The position numbers and the translations under genes were made by a program. Source: Candidatus Eiseniibacteriota bacterium (GTDB taxonomy: Bacteria > Eisenbacteria > RBG-16-71-46 > CAVPCR01). From it: a stretch of 64,000 nt of DNA. Location: NCBI GenBank assembly GCA_963702435.1, contig CAVPCR010000001.1:1344001-1408000 (forward strand). Direction: 5' to 3'. Shown one piece after another: positions 9,722 to 19,382 of this stretch; position 1 is the stretch's first letter, and each line of letters begins with the position of its first letter. Under the pieces are notes generated by a model. That model did no database searches. It saw nothing but the letters and a program-made list of their open reading frames with translations, and was not told the origin of the DNA.

Positions 9722-11632
9722 ATGAGTCCGCTCCTGCTTGCCGCCGCCCTCCTCGCCTTCGCCGCAGCGCCCGCCCCGGCTGCCGCCCAGGACCGCGAGC
9801 TCTACTGGAAGGAGCTCGCGGTCGCCGCCCAGCTCGACGCCGCGGGCCGCCTCCACGTGACCGAGCGCCAGGTCATGGTCTTCACCGGCGACTGGAACGG
9901 CGGCGAGCGCGTCTTCCTCCTCGCCGGCGATCAGGAGCTCGATCTCGAGTCGGTGACCCGCATCGACGCGGACGGCGAGGAGACGCGGCTCGACCAGGGC
10001 AGCCTCGATGTCATGAACCAGTTCGACTGGGCCGGCGCGAACACGCTCCGCTGGCGGAGCCGCGATCCCGCCGGCCCCGCGTTCGACCACACCGAGATCA
10101 CCTACGTCCTCGTCTACACGCTCTCGAAGATCCTCGTCCCGCAGGGCGGCGATCGCTATCTCCTCGATCACGACTTCGCATTCCGGGACCGCGAGGGCGT
10201 GATCGAGCAGTTCACGCTCGATCTCGACATCCATCCGGTCTGGCAGCCGCGCTCGGGATACGCGGCGCACAGCGGGCCGCTGTCGCCGGGCACGGGCTAC
10301 ATCGTGCGCATGCCGCTCCGCTACGGCGGCGTCGGCCGCCCCGCTGCGGTCCTCGCCATGGCGCCGCCCGGGCTCCGCCGGGGCCTCGCCGCCGCGCTGG
10401 TCGCGCTGCTCGTCGTGCTGCTCGCCGGTCTCTTCCGGCGCGAGGCCGCGCTCGGCCGCTTCGCCCCGCTCCCGCCCGAGTCGGCCATCGACCCGGACTG
10501 GCTCGCCGAGCACGTGCTGGCCTTCCCGCCCGAGGTGGTGGGCGCCGCCTACGACGACACGACCGGTGCTGCCGAGGTGGCGGCGGTGATCGCGCGCATG
10601 GTGGCCGAGCGGAAGATTCAGAGCCGAGTGCGACAGGAGAAGTTCTGGATCTTCACCAAGAACGTGCTCGAGCTCACGCTCCTCGTCGACCGCGACACGC
10701 TCGAGGGCTACGAGCGCCCGCTCGTGGATGCGCTCTTCATTGCCGGGAAGTCGACGAGCACGGAGAAGATCGCGGCCCACTACCGGAAGTCGGGCTTCGA
10801 TCCGGCGGCCCTGGTCCGCGAGCCGCTCGCCCGCCAGGTGCGCCTCCTCCGCGGTCTCGGCGCGAAACGCAGCGGCCCCTCGCTGAAGCCCCTCCTCCTC
10901 CTCGTGCCCATCACGATCGCCGCCTTCTTCTTCGCCGGTATCAGGCGGCCCTCGGAGATCCTCCTGATCCCGATCGGGCTCTTCGGCGGGATCCTGTGGA
11001 CGGTCGTCACCGCCGGGAACGCCTACGCCTGGCGGCGGAGCGTCAAGTCGCCCGCGGTCGCTGCGCTCCGCTTCCTGATCCCGCTCCTCCTCGGCCTCGG
11101 CGTCCTGATCGCGGTGATCCTCACGCGCGATCGGCTGTCGGCGCCGGGTGCGCTCGCGCTCGCGCTCCTCGGCGGGACCGGGATCGCGTTCAGCGTGCGC
11201 GCGGCACGCTCGGCCGACACCGCCGCGGGGATCGCGCTCCGCAAGCGACTCGCCGCGGCGCGGCGCCACTTCGCGCGCGAGCTCCGCCGGGAGGAGCCGC
11301 GCCTCGACGATGCATGGTTCCCCTACCTGATCGCGCTCGGGCTCGGCAAGAACGTGGATCGCTGGTTCCACGCGTTCGGCGGCGAGAGCAGGGGGACCGG
11401 AAGCAGCGTGAGCACCGGCGGCCTGGGCCGCGGCAGTTTCGGGGGCGGTCACCCGACGGGCGGCGGCTGGACCGGCGGCGGCGGCACCTTCGGCGGCGGC
11501 GGCGCGAGCGGCACCTGGGTGGCCGCAGCCGGCGCGCTGGCGGCCGGCGTGTCGCGGCCGAGCTCGAGCTCGAGCGGCGGCGGCGGCGGCGGCGGATCGA
11601 GCTCGGGCGGCGGCGGCGGCGGCGGATGGTAG
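9722..11632 (+). CDS. DUF2207-like membrane protein with a Gly/Ser-rich C-terminal tail
   Basis: Signal peptide, TM segments, PYLIALGL and terminal GGGGGGSSSGGGGGGGW; TATGCT lies 7 nt upstream of ATG 9722. Confidence 0.8.
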   Translation: MSPLLLAAALLAFAAAPAPAAAQDRELYWKELAVAAQLDAAGRLHVTERQVMVFTGDWNGGERVFLLAGDQELDLESVTRIDADGEETRLDQGSLDVMNQFDWAGANTLRWRSRDPAGPAFDHTEITYVLVYTLSKILVPQGGDRYLLDHDFAFRDREGVIEQFTLDLDIHPVWQPRSGYAAHSGPLSPGTGYIVRMPLRYGGVGRPAAVLAMAPPGLRRGLAAALVALLVVLLAGLFRREAALGRFAPLPPESAIDPDWLAEHVLAFPPEVVGAAYDDTTGAAEVAAVIARMVAERKIQSRVRQEKFWIFTKNVLELTLLVDRDTLEGYERPLVDALFIAGKSTSTEKIAAHYRKSGFDPAALVREPLARQVRLLRGLGAKRSGPSLKPLLLLVPITIAAFFFAGIRRPSEILLIPIGLFGGILWTVVTAGNAYAWRRSVKSPAVAALRFLIPLLLGLGVLIAVILTRDRLSAPGALALALLGGTGIAFSVRAARSADTAAGIALRKRLAAARRHFARELRREEPRLDDAWFPYLIALGLGKNVDRWFHAFGGESRGTGSSVSTGGLGRGSFGGGHPTGGGWTGGGGTFGGGGASGTWVAAAGALAAGVSRPSSSSSGGGGGGGSSSGGGGGGGW

Positions 11633-11693
11633 CGAGTATCAGGTCTCAGGGCGGCGGCGGCGGCGGCGGTGCGCCGGCAAGGAGCAGAACGCG

Positions 11694-12206
11694 ATGACGC
11701 GACTGATGGATTCGATGATCGGCGAGCTCGAGCGCGAGGCGGCGGGAACCCGCCGTCTCCTCGAGCGCATTCCGGAGGACAAGCTCGACTGGATGCCGCA
11801 TCCGAAGTCGATGCCGCTCCGAAAGCTCGCGCTCCACATCGCGCTGATCCCGGAGCGCATCACCTCGATGCTCGCGCACGACTCGGTCGAGATGACGACC
11901 CTCCAGTTCGACACGCCGCCCTCGGAGACGGTCGCCGACATCCTGGCCGCGCTCGAGAAGAGCGTCGCGGCGGCGAAGGCGCGTCTCGCTGCCACGGACG
12001 ACGGTCGCGCCGAAGCGGTCTGGACCATGTATCGCGAGGGCCAGGTGTTCCGCTCGATGCCGCGCATCGCGTTCGCGCGGACGGTGCTCTTGAACCACTG
12101 GTACCACCACCGCGGGCAGCTCACGGTGTACCTGCGGATGCTCGACGTGCCGCTCCCGGCGACCTACGGGAGCTCGGCCGACGAGGGTCCCTTCGCCGCG
12201 CGCTGA
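11694..12206 (+). CDS. DinB/YfiT family protein
   Basis: [18 protein letters not shown] and [15 protein letters not shown]is motifs; AAGGAG SD. Confidence 0.9.
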   Translation: MTRLMDSMIGELEREAAGTRRLLERIPEDKLDWMPHPKSMPLRKLALHIALIPERITSMLAHDSVEMTTLQFDTPPSETVADILAALEKSVAAAKARLAATDDGRAEAVWTMYREGQVFRSMPRIAFARTVLLNHWYHHRGQLTVYLRMLDVPLPATYGSSADEGPFAAR

Positions 12207-12670
12207 CCGGCCGCGGCCGCGGACGGGAGCAGCGCCGCACGCACGGCCCTTTGGCGAAAGGCGAAGATCCGCGCGAGCTGCGGGCGCACGAGCGGCAGCG
12301 CGAGATCGCCGAGCGGCGACAGCGGCAGGCGATAGCGGACAAGGTCGGCGACGCGCGTACCCGCCGGCGTCTCGGTGAAGGCGTGCGTGTGCACCCAGAG
12401 CGCGTAGGGACCACGGAGCTGCTCGTCCACGAACTGGCGCGGCGGGTCCCAGGCCGAGATCAAGGTCGTCCAGCGGAACGGGAGGCCGAAGAGGCGGAGC
12501 TGGTATTCGATGAGCGCCCCCTGGTGCATGCCGCCGGGGGGCTCCGCCAGGATCCGGAAGCGGAGCTCGGGCGGGGTGATGCACTCGAGGTTCCGCGCCT
12601 CCGCGAAGAAGGCGAACACGGTGTCGCGAGGGAGCGGCAGATCGAGCGTGGCTTCGAGGACGTGTTCCAT
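12164..12670 (-). CDS. SRPBCC (START-like) family protein
   Basis: [17 protein letters not shown]...[17 protein letters not shown]...IFAFRQ. Confidence 0.85.
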   Translation of the reverse strand: MEHVLEATLDLPLPRDTVFAFFAEARNLECITPPELRFRILAEPPGGMHQGALIEYQLRLFGLPFRWTTLISAWDPPRQFVDEQLRGPYALWVHTHAFTETPAGTRVADLVRYRLPLSPLGDLALPLVRPQLARIFAFRQRAVRAALLPSAAAAGQRAAKGPSSAELP

Positions 12671-12756
12671 GGGATCTCCCGTGACCAGTGCGATGCGGAG
12701 CGCCCGAGCGGGGGTTTGGGCGCCATCGCCCACCTGACGACCCGGAAGCACGGTCA

Positions 12757-13566
12757 TCAGCCTGGTGCGGTACCCTTGACCGCCCAGGCCAACGCTGCGT
12801 AGGACCGAGGTCCGTCGGCCTCACCATCCAGGTAGGCGGACTTGACAGCTTCTTCGAGCCGCGCGCGCTCAGCTTCATTGAGGGTGCCGACGTACTCTGC
12901 GCCGGGGCCTTCTCTGCCGATGTACGGAGCCCAGTAGTCGGCAAACGATGCGAACTCCATCCGGATGCACAGCACGGCCGCGGTGACATCGTGGAACCCT
13001 GCGGCCCGCCAGGCCGCGGCCAGTTCACCTGGCCGGGTCATTGGACGCGTGTAGTTCCGGGCGCGACGCTCGCCCGCCCTGGGGTCCAGTGCGGCGGCCG
13101 TGTCAAAGAACATCCGGTTCGCAACGTACCCGCCCCGGGCGTCCCAGACCGCAGCCCCAACGACGCTGCCCGGCCTGGCAACTCTCTTCATCTCGGCGAT
13201 GGCCTCTGCGGTCCGGGGCACGAAGTGCAGGGCGAGCAGGGAGAGCACGCGGTCGAAGCTGCCGTCGGGGAAGTCCAGAGCGCACGCATCGCCTACATGA
13301 AAGAGCAATCGCGGATCCGAGCCGCGCTTTCTTGCATACTCGATGTAGACAGGTGAGAGATCCACGCCGTGAACTTCAGCGGCTCCAGACACGCCGGCAA
13401 GTGCGAAGGCAAGATGGCCGGTGCCGCATCCGACATCGAGTACGCGTTCCTTGTCGCCTGTTCCGACGAAGTCGAGGAACGGCAAAGCCAGCTGTCGGCT
13501 CCAACGGCCCATGGTCAATTCATAACCGTCACCATCGGCAGCAAGGAATGTCGAGGAGGTGCTCGT
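12757..13566 (-). CDS. Class I SAM-dependent methyltransferase; likely start is a non-canonical ACG at 13566
   Basis: [30 protein letters not shown] motifs; the frame stays open upstream through [15 protein letters not shown] to an ACG preceded by GGAG. Confidence 0.8.
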   Translation of the reverse strand, partial: TSTSSTFLAADGDGYELTMGRWSRQLALPFLDFVGTGDKERVLDVGCGTGHLAFALAGVSGAAEVHGVDLSPVYIEYARKRGSDPRLLFHVGDACALDFPDGSFDRVLSLLALHFVPRTAEAIAEMKRVARPGSVVGAAVWDARGGYVANRMFFDTAAALDPRAGERRARNYTRPMTRPGELAAAWRAAGFHDVTAAVLCIRMEFASFADYWAPYIGREGPGAEYVGTLNEAERARLEEAVKSAYLDGEADGPRSYAALAWAVKGTAPG

Positions 13567-13671
13567 GATGATCTCCTGGTGACGCGGCCGGTGATCCGGT
13601 CGGAAAGCGCGTGGCGAAGACGTTTCGCGACAGGCGCGGATTGTACTGCACTTCCGATCGTCGCACGTCTC

Positions 13672-14896
13672 TCAGCCGGTGCCGACTGCCTGGAAGAACG
13701 CGACCAGCCGATCGGTCCGCCGGTCCCAGGTGTAGGCGGCGACGTCCTCGCGCGCCCGCGCCGCGAGCGCCGCGCCGAGCAGGCGATCGCCGAGCACGGT
13801 CGCGATGCCGCCGGCGAGCGCCGCCGGCGATTCCGGCGCGACAAGGAGCGCATTCTCCCGGTCGCGGAGCACCTCGCGGATCGCCGGAAGATCGGAGGCC
13901 ACGATCGGCGCGCCGCTCGCCATGTACTCGAAGAGCTTGATGGGCGAGGAGAAGAACCCGCCGATCACCGTGCGCCGGTTGGGGAGAACGAGACAGTCCG
14001 CCCGGCGATAGAGCGCGGCGACCTCGCCGTGCGGGACCAGGCCGCGGAAGCGCACCCGCTCGCCGACGCCCTGCGCCGTGGCGAGCGCGGCGAGCTCGGC
14101 GACCCGCGATCCCGCGGGATCGCCGCCGACCACCTCGAGCACCGCCCCGGGCGGGACCGCGCCCATGGCCGCGATCAGCGTCTCGACACCCTTCCACGGG
14201 AGGAGCTGGCCCGCGTAGAGAACGAGCGGCGCCGCGCCGGCATCCGCGTCCGGCGCCGGGCGGCGATCCCACCGGCGGCGATCCCGCTGCCGCGAGCGCC
14301 GTGCCGCTCCGGATGGTGGCGAGCGGGAACCCGCTCGGCAGCGCCCGCGCGAGCAGCACCCGGCAGGCATCGGTGATCGCGATCGCGCCGTCGGCGCCGG
14401 CGAGATCCCGCGCCTCGGGCAGATCCGCGATCGGCGCCGCTCCGGCATGGAGCGCCGCCACGTCGTCGTACGGGCGCTCGAGCAGCGACGGCACGTCGTG
14501 CACCTCGATCACGATGCGGAAGCGGGTGCGCGTGAGCCGGCGGAAACGCACGAGCTCGCGCACGGTGCGGACCTTGCGCACGAAGACGACGATCTCGGCG
14601 GCATCACCGGCGCGATGGTGGCGGACGAGCGTGCGGAGCCAGTGCCAGCGGCTCCACAGGCTCGCGTGACTGCGGCTGCTCGAGGGCGAGAGGTGGACGT
14701 GAAGGGCGGGCGGCGCCGCGAGCCCGTAACGGGCGAGCCCGGCCGCGATCGAGTCGATCCGCAGCTCCGGATTGGGCTTGGCGAAGAGATGCGTCTCGAT
14801 GCCGCGGGCGGCGAGCCCCACGCCGGTGTGGAGCATCTGCACGGTGTGTGCCCGCTCGCTCGGGAAGAAGAACTGATGCAGGTAGACAACGATCAT
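13672..14896 (-). pseudogene. GT4 (GT-B) glycosyltransferase split by a +1 frameshift near 14260; may be a sequencing error
   Basis: N-half (ERAHTVQMLHT, IEVHD, AITD) and C-half (YAGQLLPWKGVE, SPIKLFEYMASGAPIVASD) lie in adjacent frames. Confidence 0.75.
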
Positions 14897-14994
14897 CGGT
14901 CGCGTCCTGTCGCCCGTGCCCCCCGGCTCTTCCGCCCGGCATCATAGCGCGATCGGAAGACGAGGGCGGAGACTACCCGGCGCCCGCCCGCCCC

Positions 14995-15003
14995 TGCTAC
15001 GAT
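14995..15003 (+). promoter_or_regulatory. Extended -10 element of a probably leaderless cstA transcript
   Basis: TGcTACGAT, 7 nt before ATG 15011, with no SD. Confidence 0.5.
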
Positions 15004-15010
15004 CCCCGCC

Positions 15011-16702
15011 ATGCCAGTCGCGGTCCCGTTCCTCGTCGCCGTGATCCTCTTCACCATCGCCTTCTTCACCTACGGCCGGTTCCTCGCCCGGCTCTTCGGG
15101 CTCGACCCGCGGCGGCCGACCCCGGCGATCGAGCAGGAGGACGGCGTCGACTTCGTGCCGACCCGGCGCATCTACCTCCTCGGCCAGCACTTCTCCGCGA
15201 TCACCGCCGCCGGCCCCATCGTCGGCCCGATCGTCGCCGCCATCTACTTCGGCTGGCTGCCGGCGTTCCTCTGGGTGCTCCTCGGCGCCATCTTCATCGG
15301 GGCCATGCACGACTTCTCGGCGCTCGTCGGCTCGGTGCGGCACGGCGCCCGCTCGGTCGCCGAGATCATCCGCGAGCACATGACCCGGCGCGCGTTCCTC
15401 CTCTTCCTCTCGTTCGTGTGGCTTGCCCTCATCTACATCATCGTCGCCTTCACCGACATCACGGCGCGCGCCTTCGTCGACACGCTCGCCCTTCCCGACG
15501 GGCGCCAGGTCGCGGGCGGCGGGGTGGCCGCCGCCTCGATGCTCTACCTCGGCCTTGGCGTCGCCATGGGCCTCGCCATGCGCTGGCTCCGCCTCCCGCT
15601 CTGGCTCGCCACGCTCGTCTTCGTCCCGCTCGTCGGCGTCGCCATCTGGTACGGACAGCGGATCCCGATCACGCTCCCCGCGATCGGCGGCAGCGCGGTG
15701 CGCACCTGGGACTACGTGATCCTCGTCTACTGCGGAATAGCCTCGGTCCTCCCGATGTGGGCGCTCCTGCAACCGCGCGGCTACCTCGGCGGCTTCTTCC
15801 TCTACGCGGTGCTCGGCGCCGCCTTCGCCGGCATCCTCCTCGGAGGGAGCACCATCCAGTACCCGGCGTTCCTCGGCTTCACCTCGGAGAAGATCGGACC
15901 ACTCTTCCCCGTCCTCTTCATCACGATCGCGTGCGGGGCCTGCTCGGGATTCCACGGCATCGTGTGCTCGGGCACGACCTCGAAGCAGCTCCACAAGGAG
16001 ACGGATGCGCACCTGGTCGGCTACGGCGGCATGCTCCTCGAGGGAGTGGTCGCCGTCGTCTCGCTCGTGACCGTGATGGTGCTCGCCCGCGGGAGCGCGG
16101 AGGCGGCCGCCGATCCGAACACGATCTATGCGCGCGGCATCGGCAACTTCCTCGGCACCTTCGGTGTCGATCCCACCTTCGCCGTCGCCTTCGGGCTCCT
16201 TGCCTTCACGACCTTCGTCTACGACACGCTCGACGTCGCGACGCGCCTCGGCCGCTACATCTTCCAGGAGCTCGCCGGGAAGCAGGGGCGCGGGATGGCC
16301 TGGGCGGCAACCATCGCGACGCTCGTCCTCCCCGCGATCTTCATGTCGGCGCAGCTCCACGACGCGCGCGGCAACGAGGTCCCGGCGTGGCGCGTCTTCT
16401 GGACCATCTTCGGCTCCTCGAACCAGCTCCTCGCCGCGCTCACGCTCCTCGGGCTTGCGGTGTGGCTCCGGCGCACCGGGCGGCGCACGGCCGCCTGGCT
16501 GGTGAGCGTGCCGATGGCGTTCATGATGACGATGACCCTGTGGTCGCTCGGGCGCATCCTGGCGGGATCGATCGCCCGCCTCCGCGCCGGCGGGCCCCCC
16601 GACCCGGTCGGGCCGGTGGCGCTCGTCCTCGCCGCGCTCGCCGTGCTCCTCATCATCGAGGCGGCGCGCAGCCTCGCCCGCGCATCCCGCGCACGTTCCT
16701 GA
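15011..16702 (+). CDS. cstA: Carbon starvation CstA family peptide/pyruvate transporter
   Basis: DGVDFVPT...GQHFSAITAAGPIVGPI, LLQPRGYL, FITIACGACSGFH, GYGGMLLEG, FGSSNQLLA. Confidence 0.93.
   Translation: MPVAVPFLVAVILFTIAFFTYGRFLARLFGLDPRRPTPAIEQEDGVDFVPTRRIYLLGQHFSAITAAGPIVGPIVAAIYFGWLPAFLWVLLGAIFIGAMHDFSALVGSVRHGARSVAEIIREHMTRRAFLLFLSFVWLALIYIIVAFTDITARAFVDTLALPDGRQVAGGGVAAASMLYLGLGVAMGLAMRWLRLPLWLATLVFVPLVGVAIWYGQRIPITLPAIGGSAVRTWDYVILVYCGIASVLPMWALLQPRGYLGGFFLYAVLGAAFAGILLGGSTIQYPAFLGFTSEKIGPLFPVLFITIACGACSGFHGIVCSGTTSKQLHKETDAHLVGYGGMLLEGVVAVVSLVTVMVLARGSAEAAADPNTIYARGIGNFLGTFGVDPTFAVAFGLLAFTTFVYDTLDVATRLGRYIFQELAGKQGRGMAWAATIATLVLPAIFMSAQLHDARGNEVPAWRVFWTIFGSSNQLLAALTLLGLAVWLRRTGRRTAAWLVSVPMAFMMTMTLWSLGRILAGSIARLRAGGPPDPVGPVALVLAALAVLLIIEAARSLARASRARS
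16584..16676 (+). repeat. Left copy of the 93-bp imperfect direct repeat (cstA 3' end; attL-like)
   Basis: 83/93 identical to 30263-30355 by manual alignment; 27-bp perfect core at 16608-16634. Confidence 0.9.
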
Positions 16703-16718
16703 TCTGTGGCCGATAGCC

Positions 16719-19382
16719 CTAGCCGGCAAACCCCGTTCTCAGTTCATCAACAAACTCACTGAGAACGGCGCGCGGCTCCCCGCCGAAGGCATCGGAGGGG
16801 GGGATGACTTCCTCGTCGAGGAGGGCCCTGAAGGGAATGGTGAAGGAGCCCTTGAACTGAACCTCACCCGCGGCACTTTGAAGTCGCAGGACCGCTACCC
16901 TGTCGTCAGCTCGCGAAGCCCGATGGCGAACGACGCAGAACCCCGCCGTTCCCTGCCATAGAAGCTCGCCAGGCCGCAGTTCGTCGGCGCGGATCCGATC
17001 GCGGATCTCGGCAGGCGTCGTGCGATTCACAGCAGCTTCCAGGAGACGCAACGCCTGTCCTCGTCGCATCAGGAGGGTCCACTCCGCCTCAGCCTGATTC
17101 ATGAGGGCCTCCCGGCTCATGCTGGGGTCCGCAGTGTGCGAGAGAAGCACGGCAAGTTCCTCGGCAATCTTGCCGGGCTCGCCGCCTTGCCAGAGCCAAG
17201 GCAATCGAGCAACGGCGAGCACAGCTGCAAGTGCGAACCTCGACGCTTCGGGCGTCGCGTCGTTGCTCGTTATCGCGAGCTTCCAACCGATGAGTGCCGC
17301 CGAGAGTTCGGCCGATTGCATGTCATGAGCGAAGGCCTCGCGGTCCTCCGCCATGCGGGCCCGGTGCTCGAGCCACCCCACGTTCCCTTGCGGCTCGGAT
17401 GAGAAGAACAGCGAGACCCACACCCTCTGCGTGAGGTCGAAGAAGCGCTTGAGCTCGACCCAGCCTTCCCGGAGACCGAGGCGGAGAAGCGCCGACGCGA
17501 CCCTGAGGTCAGCGGCGAGGTACTCCGCTCCGCGGGTCGCGAGGAACTCCGTGCTCGTCATCGCGTCCTCGAGCTGACCGAGGAGGGTTTCGATGCGGCG
17601 CTTGTCGCGCTCAGTGAAATCAGTGGCGGATGGCTTCCATGGTGACAACTGGAGTGACTCAGGGCGATCGACGATGTCGTCGTTGTCATCGCCTTCGTCG
17701 CTGTCACTACTGCCTGGGGTTCGTCCTTCGCCCTCTGATTCTTCTGCCACCATCCCGAACCACCGCAGCAGGAGCTGCTGCAGTGCCTTGATATGTCCGC
17801 TCTCGCCCATGAGGAAGGGTATCCGGATCGAGCCAAGGTTGGGCCTGCGGTAGCCGGGAGAGAAAACATCTGCGGCCGTGAACTCCACCTCTCCGCCAGG
17901 CTTCCCCTTGTTCAAGCCGCGTGAGGTGGCTCTGCCGGCTCGGACCGGCATGTAGCTGAGGTGCTTGCAGAACACATCCAGCACGTCGGCCCAGCCGCTG
18001 GCATTCCATTCCCCCGGTTGGATCCGCGCGCGGATGCTGTCGGCGAGACTCCTGCCGCGCGCCGTGGAGCGAAGATGACGCTCGTGGTCGATCCAGGTCG
18101 GGACTGATTGGAGGATCTCTCCGTCTACTCGAGCAAGGACCGCTACGACCCTGGGTTCCACGGCACAAATTGCGCGCAGAATACCCTTGCCGACGATCTC
18201 GAAGCGGATCGTTACTGCATCGACCAGGCACTCCATCACCTCCGCAGTCGGTGGTGTGTATGCGACGAGCAGGCTACGCACCTCGAACCTCGCTGCGAGC
18301 ACGCGGAGCACTGGCCTCGTTGAACCTCCGTCAACGGCATCATCTGTCGCCGGCACATCACGAAGCGCGACCGGCTCGGCGGAGAGCTTCAGCTCGCCAA
18401 GGAACTCCGCCTCGAACTCCGCTGGCGTCAGGCTTTGGACTGCCTGAAGCTCGGCGTTGCCCGACCTGCCGGATGTTGTCAGCGCCGCCCTGGAGCAATT
18501 GGCGCTGCCGGCCATGACGAGTACTTCCTGGCTGCGACGAAACGCATAGAACTTGCCGTGCACGAAGGCCGATCGTTCCCCGTGGGCGCTGACTCGTGTG
18601 AGATCCACGCGCTGAAGTACCGCCCGGCCGGAGGCCGATTTCCAGGAACGTTGTGTGAGCGTCGATCGCTCGGGCTGGCAGAGCACTGTCGCGCGCCGTG
18701 CGTCCACCCTGGCGACGAGCTCGCCTAGTGCGATGCCGTGGTCGTCGAAGTAAGGCGAGCAGATCACGAGTTCGTCGATAGGATCGCTGCTGGCCGCGCC
18801 TAGCATTTGGTCCAGAAGTGAGCTTCCTGATCCCATGCGACCAATGAGCCGCGCGTCGCCAATGGGCTCTGTCGATAGCCATGGCTTGTTCTTGGGATCG
18901 AACGCCTCGTCAACCTCTGCCGCGACTGCTTCGGGCAGTGGTAGGCGTGCCAGGATGCTGGTCAGGTAGCCCTTGAATGCGTGGAACGGCGCTGCGCTAT
19001 CATGCGTGCTATCGAAGCGCAGCCATATCTCGGCGTTCTCGCGCCAGCCGCCGAAGGTGAGGTTGCCACTCCCCACAAGGAGCGTTGCCGCCTCCTCGCC
19101 TGAGAGGAACACGGCCTTCGGATGGAACCGGAAGCCCGGACCCATCGCGACCGGCACGACACGATACCGCACTCCCAGGCCAGCGAGAGCAGGTTGCTGC
19201 TGCGCGAATGACTCGGCCGCGCACGCGGCGTCAGCAAAGATAGTGATGGTCGGATGACCGCAACGCCGAAAGGCAGCGAGTGCTATCGTCTGAACAAAGA
19301 CGAAGTCGATGTTGTGGGTGAGGATGATGGCATTGGAGACGTCCTTTGCGGATGAGATGGCCTTGAGCACGTCGTCACGCAT
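16719..19382 (-). CDS. Tandem PLD-like (two HxK...GSxN motifs) nuclease-type protein with a long uncharacterised C-terminal region
   Basis: FHPKAVFL...VGSGNLT and ICSPYFD...VHGKFY...AGSANCS...GNAE; start overlaps the upstream stop (ATGCGTGA). Confidence 0.8.
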   Translation of the reverse strand: MRDDVLKAISSAKDVSNAIILTHNIDFVFVQTIALAAFRRCGHPTITIFADAACAAESFAQQQPALAGLGVRYRVVPVAMGPGFRFHPKAVFLSGEEAATLLVGSGNLTFGGWRENAEIWLRFDSTHDSAAPFHAFKGYLTSILARLPLPEAVAAEVDEAFDPKNKPWLSTEPIGDARLIGRMGSGSSLLDQMLGAASSDPIDELVICSPYFDDHGIALGELVARVDARRATVLCQPERSTLTQRSWKSASGRAVLQRVDLTRVSAHGERSAFVHGKFYAFRRSQEVLVMAGSANCSRAALTTSGRSGNAELQAVQSLTPAEFEAEFLGELKLSAEPVALRDVPATDDAVDGGSTRPVLRVLAARFEVRSLLVAYTPPTAEVMECLVDAVTIRFEIVGKGILRAICAVEPRVVAVLARVDGEILQSVPTWIDHERHLRSTARGRSLADSIRARIQPGEWNASGWADVLDVFCKHLSYMPVRAGRATSRGLNKGKPGGEVEFTAADVFSPGYRRPNLGSIRIPFLMGESGHIKALQQLLLRWFGMVAEESEGEGRTPGSSDSDEGDDNDDIVDRPESLQLSPWKPSATDFTERDKRRIETLLGQLEDAMTSTEFLATRGAEYLAADLRVASALLRLGLREGWVELKRFFDLTQRVWVSLFFSSEPQGNVGWLEHRARMAEDREAFAHDMQSAELSAALIGWKLAITSNDATPEASRFALAAVLAVARLPWLWQGGEPGKIAEELAVLLSHTADPSMSREALMNQAEAEWTLLMRRGQALRLLEAAVNRTTPAEIRDRIRADELRPGELLWQGTAGFCVVRHRASRADDRVAVLRLQSAAGEVQFKGSFTIPFRALLDEEVIPPSDAFGGEPRAVLSEFVDELRTGFAG

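Noticed and set aside
11560..11670. GGC microsatellite as a contingency locus
   Set aside because: It mostly encodes the normal Gly-rich DUF2207 tail, and triplet changes keep the frame.
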